From: an uncultured Desulfobacter sp.
GTDB taxonomy: Bacteria; Desulfobacterota; Desulfobacteria; Desulfobacterales; Desulfobacteraceae
Assembly: GCA_963665095.1 (NCBI GenBank)
Contig: OY762069.1
Coordinates: 4,096,001 to 4,160,000 of the forward strand
Length of the DNA stretch: 64,000 bases
Direction: 5' to 3'
The notes beneath the pieces were generated by a model, which was not told the DNA's origin, made no database searches, and was given only the letters and a program-made list of their open reading frames with translations. Positions 58,774 to 64,000 of this stretch are shown here, piece by piece. Position numbers and translations under genes: made by a program. Each line of letters starts with the position of its first letter. Positions within the stretch are counted from its first letter, which is position 1.

Positions 58774-58833
58774 GGGTTCAGTTTTCTCAAAACCGTATGA
58801 ATTGCCAGGCTGGTTCGCATCCGTTTTGATGAA

Positions 58834-59478
58834 CTAGTGCCTGAACGAAAACCCCGTGTTTGGTGTTTGAACGGGTACAATCCCCTTTTCCTTAAGAAAG
58901 GTCAGTATCCGGTCTCTTCCCTGCTCTATGGTCAGGGTGTCGGCATCCAGATGAATTTCCGGGTTTGACGGCACTTCATAGGGGGCTGTGATGCCTGTGA
59001 ACTCAGCAATCTCTCCGGCCCGTGCCTTTTTGTACAGCCCTTTTTGATCTCTTTGTTCACAGGTCTGAATGGCGGCATCCACATGAACTTCAATAAAGCG
59101 GTCCGGGGCAATCAGGTGCCGGGCAAGGTCTCTGTCCTTCTGATAGGGAGAAATAAAGGCGGTCAGGGTGATGACTCCGGCATGGGTGAACAGCCTGCCC
59201 AGCTCCGCAATCCGGCGGATATTCTCTTCCCGGTCTTCCGGGGAAAATCCCAGGTTTTTGTTCAGGCCCTGCCGGATATTGTCCCCGTCAAGCACAAAGG
59301 TCAGTTTGTTCTGCCGGTGAAGGGCCAGGGCCGTTGCATTGGCCAGGGTGGACTTGCCTGACGCGGACAGGCCGGTAAACCAGATCAGGGCGCCCTTCTG
59401 CCCTAAGAGGGCTTCCCTGTCTGACTGAGTTACGCTGGCATCATGCCAGAAAAGATGATTGGTCGGGGCTGTACTCAT
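58834..59478 (-). CDS. cysC: Adenylyl-sulfate kinase
   Basis: WFTGLSASGKST, LDGDNIRQGL, FISPY, FTGITAPYE. Confidence 0.95.
   Translation of the reverse strand: MSTAPTNHLFWHDASVTQSDREALLGQKGALIWFTGLSASGKSTLANATALALHRQNKLTFVLDGDNIRQGLNKNLGFSPEDREENIRRIAELGRLFTHAGVITLTAFISPYQKDRDLARHLIAPDRFIEVHVDAAIQTCEQRDQKGLYKKARAGEIAEFTGITAPYEVPSNPEIHLDADTLTIEQGRDRILTFLKEKGIVPVQTPNTGFSFRH
58835..58868. repeat. Dispersed 34-bp repeat, copy B, overlapping the cysC 3' end
   Basis: TAGTGCCTGAACGAAAACCCCGTGTTTGGTGTTT. Confidence 0.8.
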
Positions 59479-59927
59479 AAATATTCCTCTCCAGCCCCCT
59501 GTCAGGCGGCATCGCCTTACAGGGGGGCTGCTTTAAATTGTCTGCCAGTAAAGAAGTCTTGCAGGTGCCATTCCCTGTATTGTTAAGGTCAGTGCACTCG
59601 TTTTTTCAAGCTGTGGCGTTGAGCACCTTGAAACCGGCATCCTTAAGGCGTATGTACGGCTGAATTCAATATCTGTACCATCAGTTGAAAGTGCTGATTG
59701 CCCTGAAAAGAACGCCCGGGGACCAGGCACCGTTAACCCCTTCTTTTTCACTTTGTAAAAATAGCTGACAGCCTCAGCCATTTTTCAATAGCCCGGTCTG
59801 CCGGGTTAAGGAACGTTTTACCCCGGGCCCTGTGACTTGAATACTTTGACAAAGCCATTATTGTTTACAAAGTACCTGCCGGCCGGGTATTATGGCATTT
59901 GATTTGAGCCGGCTGGTTCTGAAGTAA

Positions 59928-60464
59928 TTGATAAAACTATCAGAAATAGACAAGGAGGATGTTATGGCATCTACGTTACTTGCAGGAAACCCCGTGTCCC
60001 TTTCCGGTGATTTTCCCAAAACCGGTGATCAGGCAAAAAATTTCTCTGGAGCAGGCCAGGACCTCATAGATATTCAATTGTCCGATTTCTCGGGCAAGCA
60101 GGTAGTTCTTAATATTTTTCCCAGCATTGACACGCCTGTCTGCGCTATGTCCGTCCGAAAATTTAATGAAAAGGCGGCTGCCGTCAGCAATACCGTTGTC
60201 CTTTGTATTTCCGCTGACCTGCCCTTTGCCCATAAGCGGTTTTGCGGGGCTGAAGGCATAGAGAACGTGATTACGGCTTCTGTTTTCCGTAATCCCCAGT
60301 TTGCCCGTGATTACGGGGTGGCCATTCAGGATACCCCCATGGCAGGGCTGACGGCCCGGGCGGTTGTGGTTCTGGACACAAAGGGTGTGGTGGTTCATGC
60401 TCAGATGGTACCTGAAATCAAGCAGGAACCGGATTATGAGGCTGCGCTGGCGGCACTTTCCTGA
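59928..60464 (+). CDS. tpx: Thiol peroxidase (atypical 2-Cys peroxiredoxin); start probably ATG near 59964
   Basis: [32 protein letters not shown]. Confidence 0.95.
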   Translation: MIKLSEIDKEDVMASTLLAGNPVSLSGDFPKTGDQAKNFSGAGQDLIDIQLSDFSGKQVVLNIFPSIDTPVCAMSVRKFNEKAAAVSNTVVLCISADLPFAHKRFCGAEGIENVITASVFRNPQFARDYGVAIQDTPMAGLTARAVVVLDTKGVVVHAQMVPEIKQEPDYEAALAALS

Positions 60465-60593
60465 ATTAAAAGACTTGTGTGCCCTGCCACGAAAAGTGTT
60501 TCAGAAAAGTTAAAAACATATTTATCTCTCAATCGCCTTGCACTGTTGCAAGGCGTTATATATTTAATTAAAACATAAGGAGTTAATTTAAAG

Positions 60594-61361
60594 ATGTGCA
60601 AAAGAGAAGCCGGTGTTTTAATCCCTGTGGCCATTGTCTTTATTATCGGATTCCTGGCACCTTCCTGGGCCGGGAACTCCCTTTTGGACCAGGGCTCCAG
60701 CCTGCTTAAATCCATGAACAGTGACAGCGGCAGTTCCAGCTCTTCCAGCTCCTCCAGCCTGTCCACCAGTGACATTGTGTCAGGACTTAAGGAAGCCTTG
60801 CAAACAGGGGCGAACACTGTTGTCAATCAACTGGGAACAGAAAACGGATTCAACTCTGATTCCAACATCCATATCCCGTTGCCCTCCTATCTTTCCAATG
60901 TAAAGAAATTTTTGAATAAGGCTGGCATGGGGTCTTATGCAGAAGATGTGGAACTGAAGCTGAACAGGGCTGCAGAAGCTGCTACGCCCAAGGCAAAAGA
61001 GTTGTTCGTCAATGCCATCACCGGCATGAGCATTGATGATGCCAAGGGCATTCTCAACGGCGAAGACGATGCTGCGACTCAGTATTTTAAGGAGAAGACC
61101 TCCACTTCTCTCACAGAGGCGTTTAAACCGGTGGTGGAATCAACCCTGGAGGAAGTCGGGGCTATCAAGTCCTATGATCAGATGATAGAGAAATATAAAG
61201 CGCTCCCCTTTGTGCCCAATGTCAAGGGCAACCTGGCAGACTATGCTGTGGAAGAGGCGCTGGATGGCATATTTTATTATCTGGCAAAGGAAGAGAAAGC
61301 CATCCGGGAGAATCCGGCAAAGCAGACAACGGAATTACTGAAAAAATTATTTACAAACTAA
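60594..61361 (+). CDS. DUF4197-domain exported protein
   Basis: GLKEAL, IHIPLP, LNRAAEAA, DDAATQYF, ALDGIF...EEKAIRENP. Confidence 0.85.
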   Translation: MCKREAGVLIPVAIVFIIGFLAPSWAGNSLLDQGSSLLKSMNSDSGSSSSSSSSSLSTSDIVSGLKEALQTGANTVVNQLGTENGFNSDSNIHIPLPSYLSNVKKFLNKAGMGSYAEDVELKLNRAAEAATPKAKELFVNAITGMSIDDAKGILNGEDDAATQYFKEKTSTSLTEAFKPVVESTLEEVGAIKSYDQMIEKYKALPFVPNVKGNLADYAVEEALDGIFYYLAKEEKAIRENPAKQTTELLKKLFTN

Positions 61362-61505
61362 CCGCCATGGGCTGAGCTGGTCTATCAACACCCAGGCCCA
61401 ACTCACAGCAAAACATGAAAATAGTTTAGCAACTTATTGGGACTTTCATATAAAATTTTATCCCTGCCACTGTGCATGATAGCGGCAGGGGAAGGGTGGT
61501 TTTAA

Positions 61506-63089
61506 ATGGTTGAATTGGGATTTTTCGGGGCAGCAGGCGAAGTAACCGGTTCCATGCATATGCTGGATACCGGGTCAGACAAAATTTTACTGGACTGCGG
61601 CATGTTTCAGGGCCGGAGAAAGGAAAACTTTGAGAAAAACAAGGATTTTCCTGTCAACCGGGCTGACATTACCTCCATGGTGCTCTCCCACGCCCATATC
61701 GATCACTCCGGCCGGATACCCCTGCTCACCCGGGAGGGGTTTGCCGGCCGGATCATCACCACCCGTCCCACAAAAGATGCCCTGCAGTACATGCTCATGG
61801 ATTCGGGCCATATCCAGGAAGCAGATGCCCAGTATCTGAATTACAAGGCGTTGAGAAATTTTTTGTACCAGGCGGAACAGGCCAAAACCAGACAGCAGGT
61901 TTCCAACAAGGAGAAATCCAGGATCAGAACACTGTTGAAAAAAAGTGCCCATGAACTGGATGTGGAGACCATTGCCGCCCTTCACAAAGAGCATGGCCTT
62001 GAAACTGTGACGCCGTTGTATACCCAGGAAGATGCCCTGCAGGCCCTTGCCTTTATTGACGGATATCCCTTTGGTACGCCCGTTACCATCGGTAAAGGAA
62101 CCACCGTGAAATTTTATGTGGCCGGCCACATTCTTGGCTCCGCTTTTTCCCTGATTACGGTAAATTCAGGGGGCAGGCCTTTAAAAATTCTTTTCACCGG
62201 TGATGTGGGCAGGTTTGGCAAGCCCATTTTAAAAGATCCCACCCTGGTGTTTGATGAGGAAGACCGGGACATTGATCTGATGATCATGGAATCCACCTAC
62301 GGGGACAGGGAACATGCTCCGGTACAGGATCTTTCCGGCAGCCTGAAGGAGACTTTGATACGGACGTTTGACAGAGGCGGGTCCGTCATCATCCCCTCCT
62401 TTGCCTATGGGCGGACCCAGGAGTTGATTTATGTCCTCCATCAATTGTACGAAGCAGGCGCTGTGCCTAAAGTTCCCATTTATGTGGACAGCCCTCTCGC
62501 GTCCAATATCACCACTGTATTTGGGGAACACCCGGAAACCTATGACAGAGAGACCCATAAGATGTTTCTGGAAAAAGGGCTGAACCCCTTTTATTTCAAA
62601 GGGATCAAGTTTGTTGAAACCGTTGAGGAGTCCATGCGCCTGAACCGGGATGATACCCCGCACATTGTGATCTCCGCATCCGGCATGTGTGAGGCAGGAA
62701 GAATCCTGCATCACCTGCGCTACAAAATTCATGACCCGAAGCACACCATCCTTCTGGTGGGATACATGGCCGCCAATACCCTGGGCCGCAGGATTGAAGA
62801 GCTCGGGCTCAGGGACGCAGAAAATCCTGGCAGTACACCGCCGGAAGTCAAAATTCTGGGCAAAGCCTATCCGTTGAGGGCCCGGGTTGAAAAGATCGGT
62901 GGGTTTTCCGCCCATGCAGACCGGCACGAGCTGATGCGTGTGGTGACTGAATCCAACCTGCGGGTTAAAAATATTGCCGTGGTTCACGGGGAGGCAGACC
63001 AGAGTGCCGCGTTTGCCAAACGGCTCAAGGAAAAAGGGTATAACACATTTGTGCCTAAACCCCATGACCGCTTTCAGGTGACTGATTAA
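61506..63089 (+). CDS. Metallo-beta-lactamase/beta-CASP fold ribonuclease
   Basis: GAAGEVTGS, LSHAHIDHSG, AGHILGS, MESTYG, FAYGRTQE, SGMCEAGR, FSAHAD, VHGE. Confidence 0.92.
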   Translation: MVELGFFGAAGEVTGSMHMLDTGSDKILLDCGMFQGRRKENFEKNKDFPVNRADITSMVLSHAHIDHSGRIPLLTREGFAGRIITTRPTKDALQYMLMDSGHIQEADAQYLNYKALRNFLYQAEQAKTRQQVSNKEKSRIRTLLKKSAHELDVETIAALHKEHGLETVTPLYTQEDALQALAFIDGYPFGTPVTIGKGTTVKFYVAGHILGSAFSLITVNSGGRPLKILFTGDVGRFGKPILKDPTLVFDEEDRDIDLMIMESTYGDREHAPVQDLSGSLKETLIRTFDRGGSVIIPSFAYGRTQELIYVLHQLYEAGAVPKVPIYVDSPLASNITTVFGEHPETYDRETHKMFLEKGLNPFYFKGIKFVETVEESMRLNRDDTPHIVISASGMCEAGRILHHLRYKIHDPKHTILLVGYMAANTLGRRIEELGLRDAENPGSTPPEVKILGKAYPLRARVEKIGGFSAHADRHELMRVVTESNLRVKNIAVVHGEADQSAAFAKRLKEKGYNTFVPKPHDRFQVTD

Positions 63090-63143
63090 AAACGCCGGGC
63101 AATATGTTCTGGGTGCAGCTGGAATATCCGGACTGTCTGGGCT

Positions 63144-64000
63144 TTATTCCCGCCTTTTCTTTGGACAAGGTGGGCGGGGAAACAGCAAATAGGTTGTGAC
63201 AATGCTGCCAATGCCGATGGCCGCACTTCCAATGATAAAAACATAGGTCACCCCCCAGACGTCCATGATGAGCCCTGACAGCAGAGGGGAAACAATCAAT
63301 CCCAAACTCCAGGCAGCATCTGTAACACTCATAAGCGATGCCATTCCCATGGAACTTCCCAGTTGACCGGTGATAACCAGACTGCCGGGAAGGATGAAAC
63401 CATTGGAAATTCCCATCAGGAAGTTGAGCGCAAGGATGGGCCAGAATCCTTCCACGACAGGGATACCAAGCACAGACAATGCTGACAGGAACATTCCTGC
63501 AATCACTACGATCCGCGGACTGATTCTGTCCGAAAGGCTTCCCATTGGCCGTTGAAGGAACGCTATGGTAAATATGTTGGCCGAAAGGATAATGCCTACC
63601 TGGGAGCCGGGCATGTCAATGGTCATTGCGAAGACAGGCAGAAAAGCGTATACGGCACCCTGTCCGCAGGCGGAGAAAAAACGCATCAGAATGATGGCCA
63701 GGGCGATGCGGTGGGTGAATATTTCCCTAAGGGAGGCGGTTTTCTTCCTGTCCCGGATCACGCCACTTATTTTGTCTGAAGGCAGACACACCAGGACCAG
63801 CAGACAGGTGAGCATTGCCAGTCCCCCCATGCTGATAAATGCCCAGTTCATGCCGAAGCGCTCCCTTATGACACCGCCCAGCGTCGGCCCGATGCCAAGA
63901 CCGATCATGACTGCCATGTTTAACGATCCCATGTAAGCGCCAAGTTTGCCCTTAGGGGCAATATCCGCAGCCAGGGCCAGTGCAATGGGAACCACAAGCA
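63144..64000 (-). CDS. MFS transporter, 3' part; 5' end lies beyond the window
   Basis: Multiple TM helices, GSLSDRISPR motif A repeat, GPTLGG. Confidence 0.85.
   Translation of the reverse strand, partial: LVVPIALALAADIAPKGKLGAYMGSLNMAVMIGLGIGPTLGGVIRERFGMNWAFISMGGLAMLTCLLVLVCLPSDKISGVIRDRKKTASLREIFTHRIALAIILMRFFSACGQGAVYAFLPVFAMTIDMPGSQVGIILSANIFTIAFLQRPMGSLSDRISPRIVVIAGMFLSALSVLGIPVVEGFWPILALNFLMGISNGFILPGSLVITGQLGSSMGMASLMSVTDAAWSLGLIVSPLLSGLIMDVWGVTYVFIIGSAAIGIGSIVTTYLLFPRPPCPKKRRE

Noticed and set aside
59533..59781. 82-aa ORF upstream of cysC
   Set aside because: No clear RBS or family motif; cannot be supported as a gene
60716..60775. Repetitive TCCAGC tract
   Set aside because: Encodes a poly-Ser linker in the DUF4197 protein; not an array
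1..64000. CRISPR array, rRNA, prophage or integrase
   Set aside because: No regularly spaced repeats, rRNA-like sequence, phage structural genes or recombinase seen

Overview
64-kb window that looks like the chromosome of an anaerobic deltaproteobacterium. Gene content and style suggest a Desulfobacter/Desulfobacteraceae-like organism; this is inference, not verified. Housekeeping blocks are uvrA (partial), a TRAP transporter with USP and thiolase, nrdD/nrdG with two NrdR boxes, htpG-rimO-polyprenyl synthase, tRNA-Val(GAC), cysC, tpx, a beta-CASP MBL hydrolase and a partial MFS transporter. Accessory regions are interleaved. (1) An HUH/RAYT-type transposase sits between perfect 29-bp inverted repeats. 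(2) A decaying island at about 8.8-17 kb holds a MamK-like actin gene broken by an internal deletion behind an amidase, toxin-antitoxin remnants, and an intact methyltransferase-HNH-S24 peptidase fusion next to a frameshifted paralogous methyltransferase. (3) A ThiF-nitroreductase fusion and a divergent N-acyl amino acid synthase (OxzAB-like, oxazolone type) have an MMPL exporter remnant between them and a 7TMR-DISM hybrid kinase directly downstream, a candidate signal-synthase/receptor module. (4) A 17-gene, about 21-kb type II FAS/PKS-like lipid cluster has an ammonia-lyase, a CoA ligase, four intact ketosynthases and three B12-radical SAM enzymes, but no visible ACP or dehydratase. All calls come from reading motifs by eye; no database searches were run.
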